Positions 10,565 through 20,869 of a stretch of 34,957 nucleotides of DNA are shown in pieces (positions within the stretch are counted from its first letter, which is position 1; every line of letters starts with the position of its first letter). Position numbers and translations under genes: made by a program. The stretch covers positions 1 to 34,957 of the forward strand of contig DATFVP010000050.1 of NCBI GenBank assembly GCA_035260285.1, given 5' to 3'. A model generated the notes under the pieces. It had not been told where the DNA came from. It made no database searches and saw only the letters and a program-made list of their open reading frames with translations. Source of the DNA: Methyloceanibacter sp. (GTDB taxonomy: Bacteria > Pseudomonadota > Alphaproteobacteria > Rhizobiales > Methyloligellaceae).

Positions 10565-11386
10565 ATGGCTCACGTTCTCGATAACATCCTCGCCTACAAG
10601 CGGCGCGAGGTCGAAGCCGCCAAATTGGCATGCCCTCCTGCTGCGATGCGCGCTCGCGCCGAAGCTGCTACCCCGGTGCGGCCGTTTGCCGATGCCATCG
10701 CCGCGCGGCTTGCCACGGGCGAATTTGCCCTAGTCGCCGAGATCAAGAAGGCAAGCCCGTCGAGGGGCATGATCCGTGCCGATTTCGATCCTCCGGCGCT
10801 CGCGCGAGCCTATGAGGCCGGCGGCGCGACCTGCCTCTCGGTGCTGACCGACATGCCCTCGTTCCAGGGGCAGCCTGAATTTTTGACGATGGCGCGCAAT
10901 GCGACGAGCCTGGCAGCGCTGCGCAAGGATTTCATGGTTGATCCCTATCAGGTGCTCGAGGCGCGAGCTCTTGGCGCCGACTGCATCCTCATTATCATGG
11001 CGGCTGTCGACGACGCGGCGGCGGGCGCGCTTGAAACCGCGGCCCATGATCTCGGCATGGACGTGCTCGCCGAAGTGCACGATGCGGCAGAGCTCGACCG
11101 CGCACTTGCACTCGACACGAGGCTGATTGGCATCAACAACCGCGACCTCAAGACCTTCGTCACCGATCTTGCAGTCACCGAGGCTCTGGCCCCGTGTGTG
11201 CCGAAAGACCGCATCGTCATCGCCGAGAGCGGCATCTTCACCCATGCCGATGTGATCAGGCTGGCGAGCGCAGGAATTGGCGCCTTCCTCGTCGGCGAGA
11301 GCCTGATGCGGCAGCCAGATGTGGTTGAGGCCACGCGGACGCTTCTTACGGGCGCATCCGTCAAGCAGCGCGAGGCGGTGCAATGA
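10565..11386 (+). CDS. trpC: Indole-3-glycerol phosphate synthase
   Basis: [41 protein letters not shown]. Confidence 0.98.
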   Translation: MAHVLDNILAYKRREVEAAKLACPPAAMRARAEAATPVRPFADAIAARLATGEFALVAEIKKASPSRGMIRADFDPPALARAYEAGGATCLSVLTDMPSFQGQPEFLTMARNATSLAALRKDFMVDPYQVLEARALGADCILIIMAAVDDAAAGALETAAHDLGMDVLAEVHDAAELDRALALDTRLIGINNRDLKTFVTDLAVTEALAPCVPKDRIVIAESGIFTHADVIRLASAGIGAFLVGESLMRQPDVVEATRTLLTGASVKQREAVQ

Positions 11387-11877
11387 CCGCGCGGCGCTTA
11401 AGCCATCTGAATGAGGCGGGCGAAGCGCGCATGGTCGATGTCTCGGATAAGGCGGTCACGGAGCGTAGCGCTACCGCCGAGGGTTTCGTTTCCATGGCGG
11501 CCGAGACGCTCGGCCTGATCTTGAGCATGGATGCTCCGAAGGGCGACGTGCTCGCCACCGCACGCATCGCCGGCATCATGGCGGCCAAGCGCACGCATGA
11601 GCTGATCCCGCTTTGCCATCCGCTGCCTCTGACCCAAGTCACGGTCGATTTTGCGCCGTCGCGCGACCCAGCCGGCATCAAGGTCCAAGCGACCGCCAAG
11701 GTCGAGGCAAAGACCGGCGTGGAGATAGAGGCGCTGACCGCGGTGTCGGTCGCCTGCCTCACCATTTACGACATGGTGAAGGCGATCGACCGTGCCATGA
11801 CCTTCTCCGGTATCAGGCTGATCGAGAAGACCGGTGGCCGCTCCGGCACTTTCAAGGCCGGCGCACTTCGCCGCTAG
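11383..11877 (+). CDS. moaC: Cyclic pyranopterin monophosphate synthase
   Basis: [36 protein letters not shown]; ATGA overlap with trpC. Confidence 0.98.
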   Translation: MTARRLSHLNEAGEARMVDVSDKAVTERSATAEGFVSMAAETLGLILSMDAPKGDVLATARIAGIMAAKRTHELIPLCHPLPLTQVTVDFAPSRDPAGIKVQATAKVEAKTGVEIEALTAVSVACLTIYDMVKAIDRAMTFSGIRLIEKTGGRSGTFKAGALRR

Positions 11878-11883
11878 CCCTTC

Positions 11884-13080
11884 ATGGCCTTGCTCAGCGT
11901 AACTGAAGCTCTTGCCCGCGTGACGGAGGGGTTGACGCCGCTCGACGCCGAGCGCGTTCCGCTCGGCGAATGCCTCGGGCGCGTTCTCGCCGAAGATCTC
12001 GCCGCCTGTCTCACCCAGCCCCCCTTCGATGCATCGGCCATGGACGGCTATGCCGTCAGGGCTGACGATGTCGCTGCGCTGCCGGCGACACTCAAGCTGA
12101 TCGGTGAGTCCTTGGCAGGAAGCGGCTATGCCGGCAGGGTCGGCCCCGGCGAAGCGGTTCGCATCTTCACCGGCGCTCCGGTGCCGAAGGGCGCCGACAC
12201 CATCGTCATTCAGGAGGACACCGACGCTGCCCCAGGTGTAGTGATCGTCAAGGAGGCGGCGCCGCATCGCCATATCAGGTCGCGCGGCCAGGACTTCACC
12301 GGGGGAGAGCTGCTGTTGCGCGCCGGCGTGAGGTTCGGTCCCCGCGAGCTGATGCTCGCTGCCGCTATGAACCACGCGGAGCTTCCCGTCCGCCGCAGGC
12401 CGAAAGTCGCGATCCTCGCCACCGGCGATGAGGTGGTGCCGCCGGGCACTGAGCTTGCGCGCGATCAGGTCGTCTCCTCGGTTCCTGCCGGGCTTGCGGC
12501 TTTGATCGAGGCGAGAGGTGGCGAGCCGATGAGCCTCGGCATCGCCAAGGACACAGCAGAGAGCCTGATTACGCTTGCCCGGACTGGCAGCGCCGCCGAC
12601 ATCCTCGTCACCATCGGCGGCGCATCGGTCGGCGAGCGCGACCTGGTCAGTGCTGCGCTCCGCTCGGAGGGGCTCGAGGTCGACTTCTGGAAGATCGCCA
12701 TGCGGCCGGGAAAGCCCCTGCTCTATGGCCACTTGGGCACTCAGCGAGTGCTCGGGCTTCCGGGCAACCCAGTTTCGGCACTGGTCTGCGGGCTGGTGTT
12801 TCTGGTGCCGATGCTGCACCGCCTGCTCGGGTTGGGTGAGGGCGACCGGCATGTCGAGGCAACGCTTGGGCAGGCTCTCGAAGCCAACGGCCCCCGACAG
12901 CATTACATGCGGGCGACGTCGCAATGGGAAGCCGGCGAGCGCCGGGTGACCCCCCTTCCCGCCCAGGACAGCTCCTTGATGGCAGACTTCGCCCGCGCCG
13001 ACTGCCTGATCGTCAGACCTCCCGACGTCCCGGCGCGTCCCGAGGGGGCGCGGGTGACCATCATCCCGCTGGATGACTGA
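11884..13080 (+). CDS. moeA: Molybdopterin molybdenumtransferase (gephyrin-like Glp)
   Basis: PPFDASAMDGYA, RIFTGAPVP, ATGDE, GGASVG, MRPGKP, GLPGNPVS. Confidence 0.97.
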   Translation: MALLSVTEALARVTEGLTPLDAERVPLGECLGRVLAEDLAACLTQPPFDASAMDGYAVRADDVAALPATLKLIGESLAGSGYAGRVGPGEAVRIFTGAPVPKGADTIVIQEDTDAAPGVVIVKEAAPHRHIRSRGQDFTGGELLLRAGVRFGPRELMLAAAMNHAELPVRRRPKVAILATGDEVVPPGTELARDQVVSSVPAGLAALIEARGGEPMSLGIAKDTAESLITLARTGSAADILVTIGGASVGERDLVSAALRSEGLEVDFWKIAMRPGKPLLYGHLGTQRVLGLPGNPVSALVCGLVFLVPMLHRLLGLGEGDRHVEATLGQALEANGPRQHYMRATSQWEAGERRVTPLPAQDSSLMADFARADCLIVRPPDVPARPEGARVTIIPLDD

Positions 13081-13178
13081 TCTCTGACGGTCCGGTTAAT
13101 CCCTCGGCAACCCGAATCGCTGAAATCCTACCTCTACCGCCTGTCTCGGCACGATATATGGGGTCATTATCGCTTGCA

Positions 13179-13217
13179 GAACACAAATAGAACAGATAAA
13201 CTGTTCATGATTTGTAC
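13179..13217. promoter_or_regulatory. Alphaproteobacterial SOS boxes (LexA autoregulation)
   Basis: GAAC-ACAAATA-GAAC (13179-13193) and GTTC-ATGATTT-GTAC (13203-13217) upstream of lexA. Confidence 0.9.
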
Positions 13218-13258
13218 AACGGGTTCGCGACCACTTTGGGCCGCGTGGAAGGGACCGG

Positions 13259-13963
13259 ATGCTGACGACGAAGCAAAAAGAGCTCCTCATGTTCATCCAT
13301 GAGCGCCTGAAGGAAACGGGCGTGCCCCCCTCCTTCGACGAGATGAAGGAAGCTCTGGATCTCAAATCGAAATCCGGCATCCACCGCCTGATCACCGCGC
13401 TTGAAGAGCGCGGCTTCGTGCGGCGCTTGCCGCACCGGGCCCGCGCCATGGAGATCGTGCGGCTGCCGGATTCGATGCCCCAGGCATTCGGGACTGGCCG
13501 TGCCCGCGGTTTCTCGCCAAGCGTGATCGAAGGGAGCCTTGGTCGCGTGCCTCAGGTGGCCGAAGGCGAGAGCCTGCCTCAGACGGTAAGCGTGCCGGTC
13601 ATGGGCCGGATCGCCGCCGGCGTGCCGATCGAGGCCATCCAGACGCGTCTCGACACGGTCGAGGTTCCACCTGACTTGCTCACCAAGGGCGAACATTACG
13701 CGCTCGAAGTGAAGGGCGATTCCATGATCGACGCCGGCATTCTCGACGGCGACACCATCATCCTCAGGAAATGCGAGGACGCGAGCAACGGCGACATCGT
13801 CGTGGCGCTGGTGGATGAAGAGGAAGCCACGCTGAAGCGATTGCGCCGGCGCGGCGACTCGATCGCGCTCGAAGCCGCCAATGCAGCCTATGAGACTCGC
13901 ATCTTCGGCCCCGACCGCGTGCGCGTGCAGGGCCGGCTCGTGGGTCTGATCCGCCGGTATTAA
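13259..13963 (+). CDS. lexA: SOS repressor LexA
   Basis: [29 protein letters not shown] cleavage site, GDSM (Ser) and TLKR (Lys) catalytic dyad. Confidence 0.99.
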   Translation: MLTTKQKELLMFIHERLKETGVPPSFDEMKEALDLKSKSGIHRLITALEERGFVRRLPHRARAMEIVRLPDSMPQAFGTGRARGFSPSVIEGSLGRVPQVAEGESLPQTVSVPVMGRIAAGVPIEAIQTRLDTVEVPPDLLTKGEHYALEVKGDSMIDAGILDGDTIILRKCEDASNGDIVVALVDEEEATLKRLRRRGDSIALEAANAAYETRIFGPDRVRVQGRLVGLIRRY

Positions 13964-14029
13964 GTCATCGGAGCCTTGGGGGCTCGCATTTGACGTTCCT
14001 CCCAGGACAGGAGAAGCCTATCTTTCGCC

Positions 14030-14234
14030 ATGACTAAGCTCTTGAGACAGGCGCTCGAGGCGGTGCAGAAATTGCGGCCGGAAAGCCAGGACGAGATCGC
14101 CCGAGCCATGCTGACGCTTGCGAGGCGATGAGGGGGCGCCGGAGCCGATCGATCCGGCTTTGGCGCAGGCACGACGGCGGCAATTTGCCAGTGATGCCGA
14201 GGTTGAAGCAGCGTTTCGCCGCTTCGACCAAAGA
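14030..14234 (+). pseudogene. Antitoxin pseudogene (partner of a RelE/ParE toxin)
   Basis: ATG 14030 MTKLLRQALEAVQKLRPESQDEIARAMLTLA, frameshift at about 14123 (TGA 14129-14131), continuing GDEGAPEPIDPALAQARRRQFASDAEVEAAFRRFDQ. The expected stop reads AGA at 14232-14234. Confidence 0.75.
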
Positions 14235-14517
14235 AGCCGCGGTTCACGCGGCGTGCCGTTGATATATCACCGAGCTTGCCGACTATATCCGCGCTCGCAA
14301 TCCTGAGACCGCGGAAGCCGTCCGTACTGCGATCTATGACAGCCTGACAAACCTCATCTTGTTTCCTAATGTGGGGCTCCTGCAGACAACCGAAGGTGTT
14401 CGTAAGCTCGTGACTCGGAAGTACTTGTACTTGATCTACTACACTGTTGATGAAGCAGCTGAGGAGGTCGTTGTCCTCAGCGTGAAGCACAGTGCCCGCG
14501 AGCGCGATCATGCCTGA
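14231..14517 (+). pseudogene. RelE/ParE-family toxin pseudogene
   Basis: (AAG in place of ATG) KPRFTRRAVD / frameshift near 14261-14265 / ITELADYIRARNPETAEAVRTAIYDSLTNLILFPNVGLLQTTEGVRKLVTRKYLYLIYYTVDEAAEEVVVLSVKHSARERDHA*. The FP--G, VRK, YLIYY, V-H-AR pattern is ParE/RelE-like; visibly lower GC than the flanks. Confidence 0.85.
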
Positions 14518-14520
14518 CCC

Positions 14521-15957
14521 ATGATTTCCACCGTCATCACGCGCTTTGCGCCCTCGCCTACCGGCTATTTGCATATCGGCGGCGCGCGCACGGCGCTGTT
14601 CAATTGGCTCTATGCGAGGGCCAAAGGCGGAAAGATGCTGCTGCGCATCGAGGACACCGACCGGGCGCGCTCGACGGAAGGCGCCATTCTTGCCATCCTC
14701 GACGGCTTGCGCTGGCTTGAGCTCGATTGGGATGGAGAGCCGCTCTATCAGCTCGCCCGCGCCCCGCGCCACCGGGAAGCCGCCGAGCAGCTCCTCGCCG
14801 CAGGCAAAGCCTATCGCTGTTATGCGAGCGCCGAGGAACTCGCAGCCATGCGCGAGATGGCGCGGGCGGCAGGCCGGGCGCCCGGCTACGACGGGACCTG
14901 GCGTGACCGCGATGAAAGCGAAGCGCCGGTCGGCATCACGCCCGTTATTCGCTTCCGGGCGCCGCGCGAGGGCGAGACGATCATCGAGGACCGGGTGCAG
15001 GGACGCGTCGTCTTTGCCAACAAGGATCTCGACGACCTCGTCATCCTGCGCAGCGACGGCACGCCGACCTACAATTTGTCGGTGGTGGTCGACGACCACG
15101 ACATGGGCATCACCCATGTCATCCGCGGCGACGATCACCTCACCAATGCCGCGCGGCAAACGCAGATCTACAAGGCGCTCGGCTGGGAGACGCCGATCTT
15201 TGCCCATGTGCCGCTGATTCACGGACCAGACGGCGCCAAGCTGTCGAAACGCCACGGCGCGCTCGGCGTGGAAGCCTATCACGCCATGGGCTACCTGCCG
15301 GCGGCCTTGCGCAATTATCTAGTGCGGCTCGGCTGGAGCCATGGCGACGACGAGATCATGTCGACGGAGGACATGGTCCGCTGGTTCGATCTCGATGCCA
15401 TTGGGCGGTCGGCCGCACGCTTCGATTTCGCCAAGCTCGAAAATCTCAACGGGCATTATCTCAGGGCCACGCCAGACGCAGAGATCATGCGGAGGCTTAG
15501 GGTTCTCGTGCCTGAGCTGCCGAACGGCGGAGATCTCGCTGCCAAAATCGGCACTGAAGGTTGGGGCAAGTTCGAGCGCGCTTTGCCTGGCCTGAAAGAG
15601 CGCGCCAAGACCCTTGTCGAGATCCTCGACAATGCCGAATATCTCTTTGCCAAGCGCCCGATCGCGCTTGATGCTCAGGCAGAAAAACTGCTCGACGAGG
15701 CTGGGCAGAAGACGCTCGGTGCTCTCCTGCCCCGACTTGAGAGCGTCGAGAACTGGACGCCGGAGGCCCTCGATGCGGCCGTCCGCCTCTATGCCGAGGA
15801 GGCGGGGTTGAAGCTCGGCAAGGTGGCGCAACCGCTTCGCGCGGCACTGACCGGGCGCACCACCTCACCGGGTATTTTCGATGTGCTTGAGGTGCTTGGC
15901 CGCGAGGAATCGCTCGCGCGTATCCGCGATAACGTCCTGCAAAGCAAATCTGCTTAA
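14521..15957 (+). CDS. gltX: Glutamate--tRNA ligase
   Basis: [42 protein letters not shown]. Confidence 0.99.
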   Translation: MISTVITRFAPSPTGYLHIGGARTALFNWLYARAKGGKMLLRIEDTDRARSTEGAILAILDGLRWLELDWDGEPLYQLARAPRHREAAEQLLAAGKAYRCYASAEELAAMREMARAAGRAPGYDGTWRDRDESEAPVGITPVIRFRAPREGETIIEDRVQGRVVFANKDLDDLVILRSDGTPTYNLSVVVDDHDMGITHVIRGDDHLTNAARQTQIYKALGWETPIFAHVPLIHGPDGAKLSKRHGALGVEAYHAMGYLPAALRNYLVRLGWSHGDDEIMSTEDMVRWFDLDAIGRSAARFDFAKLENLNGHYLRATPDAEIMRRLRVLVPELPNGGDLAAKIGTEGWGKFERALPGLKERAKTLVEILDNAEYLFAKRPIALDAQAEKLLDEAGQKTLGALLPRLESVENWTPEALDAAVRLYAEEAGLKLGKVAQPLRAALTGRTTSPGIFDVLEVLGREESLARIRDNVLQSKSA

Positions 15958-16109
15958 CCTTTATGCATAACCTTGTTGCACCGCGTCACATTTGTCGCAT
16001 CTATCCCGCAGTGCAAAAATTTTACTACGCCAAACCCTGAACTGCTGGCAGAATGCGCCGCAGTAGGCGTTGGGCTCATCTCATCGCATAGGCGTTTCAG
16101 GAGGCTCTC

Positions 16110-17429
16110 ATGAGCGTCGCAGAAAGCTATATCGGCAAACCCACGTCGGCCGAGGCGTCCTTGGTAGTCGCCGGGGAGCGCCACGAGTTGCCGGTCCGCA
16201 AGGGAACTCTCGGCCCGGACGTGATCGACATCACTACTCTCTATGCCGAGACCGGCCACTTCACTTACGATCCGAGCTTCACCTCCACGGCGAGCTGCGA
16301 GTCGAAGATCACCTTCATCGACGGCGAAAAGGGCGTTCTGCTCTATCGCGGCTACCCCATCGATCAGCTAGCCGAGCGGGGCACCTTCATGGAGACCTGC
16401 TATTTGCTGCTTTATGGCGAGCTGCCGACCAAGGAGCAGTACGAAACATTCTGCAATCTGATCACGCGCCATACCATGGTGCATGAGCAGATGACCCGGT
16501 TCTACACCGGGTTCCGCCGCGACGCGCATCCCATGGCCGTCATGGTCGGCGTGGTCGGAGCGCTATCCGCCTTCTATCACGACTCGATCGACATCAAGGA
16601 TCCGGCACAGCGCGAGATGGCGAGCATCCGCATGATCGCCAAGATGCCGACCATCGCCGCCATGGCCTACAAATATTCGATCGGCCAGCCCTTCATCTAT
16701 CCGCGCAACGAGCTCGACTATTCGTCCAACTTCCTGCACATGTGCTTCGCGGTGCCGTGCGAGGAGTACAAGGTCGATCCGATCCTCGCCCGCGCCATGC
16801 GCCGCATCTTTATCCTTCATGCCGACCATGAGCAGAACGCATCGACCTCGACGGTGAGGCTTGCGGGCTCCTCCGGCGCCAATCCCTTTGCCTGCATCTC
16901 CGCCGGCATCGCCTGCCTCTGGGGGCCGGCGCACGGCGGCGCCAACGAAGCGGCGCTGCAGATGCTCCAGGAGATTGGAACCGTCGACCGTATCCCGGAA
17001 TACATCAAGCGGGCGAAGGACAAGAACGATTCCTTCCGCCTGATGGGCTTCGGCCACCGCGTCTACAAGAACTACGATCCGCGCGCCCGCATCATGCAGA
17101 AGACCTGCCATGAAGTGCTCGAGGCTGTCGGCCACGAGGACGATCCGATCCTCCAAGTGGCGCTCGAGCTCGAACGCATTGCACTCAACGACGATTACTT
17201 CATCGAGAAGAAGCTCTACCCCAACATCGACTTCTATTCGGGCATCACGCTCAAAGCCCTCGGCTTCCCGACCGATATGTTCACCGTCCTGTTCGCCATA
17301 GCGCGCACGGTCGGCTGGATCGCCCAGTGGAAGGAGATGATCGAAGACCCGTCGCAGCGTATCGGCAGGCCGCGGCAGCTCTATACCGGCCCGACCGAGC
17401 GGAGCTACGTCGCGATCGGCGATCGCTGA
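16110..17429 (+). CDS. gltA: Citrate synthase (type II)
   Basis: [37 protein letters not shown]; AGGAGG RBS. Confidence 0.99.
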   Translation: MSVAESYIGKPTSAEASLVVAGERHELPVRKGTLGPDVIDITTLYAETGHFTYDPSFTSTASCESKITFIDGEKGVLLYRGYPIDQLAERGTFMETCYLLLYGELPTKEQYETFCNLITRHTMVHEQMTRFYTGFRRDAHPMAVMVGVVGALSAFYHDSIDIKDPAQREMASIRMIAKMPTIAAMAYKYSIGQPFIYPRNELDYSSNFLHMCFAVPCEEYKVDPILARAMRRIFILHADHEQNASTSTVRLAGSSGANPFACISAGIACLWGPAHGGANEAALQMLQEIGTVDRIPEYIKRAKDKNDSFRLMGFGHRVYKNYDPRARIMQKTCHEVLEAVGHEDDPILQVALELERIALNDDYFIEKKLYPNIDFYSGITLKALGFPTDMFTVLFAIARTVGWIAQWKEMIEDPSQRIGRPRQLYTGPTERSYVAIGDR

Positions 17430-18643
17430 AACCGGGCGAGAGCGCCGCTGTCCTTCTCGGCATAGGCAAGGACGATGCGCGCCGCCTTGGCACTTGGAGC
17501 TTCATCGGTCTCGCGCACGCATTCAAGCACAGAGGCGACCCCTGCGAGCTGCTCGTCGCGTTCGGCTCCTCCTCGCATGAGCGGCAAGAGAGCTTGGCTC
17601 AGCGCCGCGCCGTGGCAGTCCTTGTTGAGAAGCTCGGGGAAGACGTTTTCACCGAGGATGAGATTGGGCAGCACCACCGAGTGGGCGATCAGCAGGAAGC
17701 GCAAGCTGCTCGCGATAAGGTCTGCCCGATAGGCGACGACCATAGGCGTGCCGGCGAGCGCAAGCTCGAGCGTCACCGTGCCTGAGGCGGCAAGCGCCGC
17801 ACGCGCGATCTTGAAGGCAGCAAATTTGTCGGCCTCGCCGCTCACGATATGCGGCGTGACCGGCCAGGCTTTCAGTCCCTCCTCGATCAGCGGGCGAACG
17901 CTTGTCACTGCGGGCAGGATCACCTCGAAGGGCCCGACCTTCGATTGCAGCGTGCGCAAGGCGTCGCCGAAAGGAGCCATCAGCCGCTTGACTTCGCTCG
18001 ACCGACTCCCAGGCAAAACCACAAGCATGTGGTGGCCCTTAAACGTACCAAGGCGCTTGCGCAGCGCTTCCGCATCAAGGTTCTTCATCCAATCGAGCTT
18101 CTCGACCAGCGGGTGGCCGACATAGCTGCACTGGGGGCCGCCAAGGCGGCGATGGGCTTCCGGCTCGAAGGGCAGAATGGCGAGGATGTGATCGACATAG
18201 CGGCGCATCTTGCGCGCGCGGCCGGGACGCCAGGCCCAGACGCTCGGCGAGACATAGTCGATGATCGGAATTTGCGGTGCCCGCCTCCGCACGCGCTTGG
18301 CGACCTGATGGGTGAATTCGGGGCTGTCGAGGATCACGAGAGCGTCGGGACCTTGTGCGATTACGGCATCCACTGATTGCCCGATGCGGCGCCAGATGTT
18401 GGGCAGGCGCGGCAGCACGTCGACGAGGCTCATGACGGCAAGCTCAGACAGAGGGAAGAGCGAAGGGCAGCCTTGCTCCTGCATCAGCTCGCCGCCAACA
18501 CCGAGAAATTCGATCGGTCTTGCCGACTGGGTGCGCAGCGCCTCGATGAGCTTGGCGCCAAGTGCGTCGCCTGAGTGCTCGCCGGCGATCAGAAACAGCT
18601 TCAGTGGCTTCAAGCCCGGCGTCGAAGTTCGGTGACTAGGCAT
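17405..18643 (-). CDS. lpxB: Lipid-A-disaccharide synthase
   Basis: [39 protein letters not shown]. Confidence 0.97.
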   Translation of the reverse strand: MPSHRTSTPGLKPLKLFLIAGEHSGDALGAKLIEALRTQSARPIEFLGVGGELMQEQGCPSLFPLSELAVMSLVDVLPRLPNIWRRIGQSVDAVIAQGPDALVILDSPEFTHQVAKRVRRRAPQIPIIDYVSPSVWAWRPGRARKMRRYVDHILAILPFEPEAHRRLGGPQCSYVGHPLVEKLDWMKNLDAEALRKRLGTFKGHHMLVVLPGSRSSEVKRLMAPFGDALRTLQSKVGPFEVILPAVTSVRPLIEEGLKAWPVTPHIVSGEADKFAAFKIARAALAASGTVTLELALAGTPMVVAYRADLIASSLRFLLIAHSVVLPNLILGENVFPELLNKDCHGAALSQALLPLMRGGAERDEQLAGVASVLECVRETDEAPSAKAARIVLAYAEKDSGALARFQRSPIAT

Positions 18644-19547
18644 CCTGGTTGCAGGCGAGCTTCTGGCCGATCAGGAACAGCCCATGCTCGCCGGCTGCCG
18701 CGATGGTGGCGTCGCGGTCGGCGATGAGCACACGGCCGGCAGCAACCGCAATGCCGGCGAGGCCAGCCTGCGCTGCCCTCTCGACCGTGTCGGGCCCGAT
18801 GGTCGGCAAATCGACTCGTTCCTCTTGTCCCGGCTTCGGCGCCTTGACCAAGACACCGGCGAGCCCGCGGCGGCGTCCGCCTTTGCGCAACTCGGCACAG
18901 CGGACAAGCATGGCGTCGGTGCCTTCAGCCGCCTCAATGGCGAGCACGCGGCGCTTCACCACGACTACGGCCTGGCCGACGTCGAGATGCCCGAGCGCCG
19001 AGACCACGCGAAAACCAATTTCGATGTCGGCGCGATCGTCCGGCGATGGCGCCTCGTCGCCAAGAGTTCCTTCCGCGGCAAGCAGCTCCGGGGCAACCTC
19101 GCCGGCACCGCACACGCGATAGCCCTTGCCTTCGAGGAAACGCACGACGCTCGACAGTACCTGATCGTCGCCCCCCACGCCGAGACTGAGCAGGAAGGGC
19201 AGATTCTTGATGGCACCAAAATCGAACCTGACATTGGCGAGGTCGGGCCGCGAAACCGAGCCGATGATCACTAGGTCCCGGCAGCCCAGGCCCTCAAGGG
19301 TAGCGAATAGCTTGCCGACCTCGCCCCATTTCAGCCAGGTATGGGGGAAGCGCGATATCTTCGCGTCAGCTTCTCCGCGAATACCGATAACGTGAACGGC
19401 GCGACCTTGTGACGCCGCCGCGTCGGCGAGCGCGGCGGGAAGCGTGCCGCCGCCGGCGATGACGGCAAGCGGACCAGTCTCGCTGGCCTCAGGGCCGGCC
19501 TCAGCCTTGGACGCGCTCAGCTCAGCTTTGGCTCGGCGCTGGGACAT
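18636..19547 (-). CDS. lpxI: UDP-2,3-diacylglucosamine diphosphatase LpxI
   Basis: IAGGGTLP, DVGQAVVV, AIEAAEGTDAM, VKAPKPGQ, DLPTIG; lies between lpxA and lpxB. ATG 19547 chosen as start. Confidence 0.93.
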   Translation of the reverse strand: MSQRRAKAELSASKAEAGPEASETGPLAVIAGGGTLPAALADAAASQGRAVHVIGIRGEADAKISRFPHTWLKWGEVGKLFATLEGLGCRDLVIIGSVSRPDLANVRFDFGAIKNLPFLLSLGVGGDDQVLSSVVRFLEGKGYRVCGAGEVAPELLAAEGTLGDEAPSPDDRADIEIGFRVVSALGHLDVGQAVVVVKRRVLAIEAAEGTDAMLVRCAELRKGGRRRGLAGVLVKAPKPGQEERVDLPTIGPDTVERAAQAGLAGIAVAAGRVLIADRDATIAAAGEHGLFLIGQKLACNQDA

Positions 19548-20334
19548 TGTTGTTCGGGACACAGAATGAGCGATCGGAATGCGACTTGATAAATTCGGTG
19601 ATCTGCCGGACGAGCGGATTTGACGCGAACATGTTCTCCACGTCCTCCAGCCGCTCCATTAACGTGCCTTCGCTCGAGAACAGCATGCGATAGGCCTGGC
19701 GGAGCTCATGGATCTGATCGCGGGGAAAGCCGTGGCGCTTGAGGCCGACGATGTTGAGCCCAGACAGATAGGCGCGGTTGCCGAGCACCATGCCGAAGGG
19801 AATGACGTCCTTCTCCACTCCAGACATGCCGCCGACGAAACCATAAGCACCGATGCGCACAAACTGATGCACCGCGCACAAGCCGCCGAGAATGGCGTGG
19901 TTGCCGACGGTGACGTGGCCAGCGAGTGTGGCGTTGTTGACGAGAATGACGTGGTCGCCGACCTGGCAGTCGTGTGCAACATGCGCTCCCACCATCAACA
20001 GGCAGTGCGAGCCGACACGCGTGACAAGACCCCCTCCCTCGGTGCCGGGATTGATGGTCACGTGCTCGCGGATGACGGTGTGCGGTCCGATGTCGAGGCT
20101 GCTTTGCTCGCCGTGATATTTCTGGTCTTGCGGGATGTGGCCGATGGAGGCGAAGGGAAATATCTGGCAGGAGTCGCCAATCGTCGTTCGGCCCACGACC
20201 GCGACATGCGAATGCAGCACGACGCCACGGCCGAGCTTTACCTGAGGTCCGACAACGCAGAACGGCCCGATCTCAACGTCGGCGCCGAGGTCAGCGTTCG
20301 GGTCGACCACGGCGGTCGCATGAATGTTGGCCAT
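19522..20334 (-). CDS. lpxA: UDP-N-acetylglucosamine O-acyltransferase
   Basis: MANIHATAVV, hexapeptide repeats, PQDQKY, HVAHDC, HQFVRIG, GLNIVGLKR. Confidence 0.98.
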   Translation of the reverse strand: MANIHATAVVDPNADLGADVEIGPFCVVGPQVKLGRGVVLHSHVAVVGRTTIGDSCQIFPFASIGHIPQDQKYHGEQSSLDIGPHTVIREHVTINPGTEGGGLVTRVGSHCLLMVGAHVAHDCQVGDHVILVNNATLAGHVTVGNHAILGGLCAVHQFVRIGAYGFVGGMSGVEKDVIPFGMVLGNRAYLSGLNIVGLKRHGFPRDQIHELRQAYRMLFSSEGTLMERLEDVENMFASNPLVRQITEFIKSHSDRSFCVPNNNVPAPSQS

Positions 20335-20351
20335 GCGCGGAACTTTGAACT

Positions 20352-20843
20352 CTAGGTCTCGACGGCCTCGGCGGTCTCGACGATGACGGCACTGACTTCC
20401 GCTTCGGCGACGATGGTGCCGTCGACCAGCGCCTGCGCCCTGAAGCGCCAGACGCGGCCGCGGTTGCGGATCTTCTGCACGTGGTAATGCACGGTATCGC
20501 CGGGAACCACCGGGCGGCGGAAGCGAGCTTTGTCGATGGCCATGAAATAGACGAGCGGGGGCTCCTTGAATTCCTCGATATGGTGCATGCACAGCGCGCC
20601 TGCGGTTTGCGCCATGCCCTCGATCAGAAGTACGCCAGGCATGACCGGATTGCCGGGGAAGTGCCCCTGGAAATAGGGCTCGTTCGCGGTGACGTTCTTG
20701 ATGCCTGTGGCGGAGCGGTCCCCGTCCATGTCAACGATGCGGTCGACAAGGAGAAACGGATAGCGATGCGGCAACAGCTTGAGGATGTCGGTGGTCTCCG
20801 CCCTCCCCAGCTTCGACTTTGCGCCGCTCTCATTCATTCCCAT
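20352..20843 (-). CDS. fabZ: 3-hydroxyacyl-ACP dehydratase
   Basis: [34 protein letters not shown]. Confidence 0.98.
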   Translation of the reverse strand: MGMNESGAKSKLGRAETTDILKLLPHRYPFLLVDRIVDMDGDRSATGIKNVTANEPYFQGHFPGNPVMPGVLLIEGMAQTAGALCMHHIEEFKEPPLVYFMAIDKARFRRPVVPGDTVHYHVQKIRNRGRVWRFRAQALVDGTIVAEAEVSAVIVETAEAVET

Positions 20844-20869
20844 TGGCTCCTGACGCGACCGGCAATTCC

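Noticed and set aside
10565-13963. trpC-moaC-moeA-lexA mixed cluster
   Set aside because: Widely conserved alphaproteobacterial synteny.
14461-14468. Perfect SD GAGGAGGT upstream of gltX
   Set aside because: It is 52 nt from the gltX ATG and is explained by the toxin's Glu-Glu-Val codons.
15954-15973. CtrA full site upstream of gltA
   Set aside because: TAACC half-sites are 13 bp apart rather than 11.
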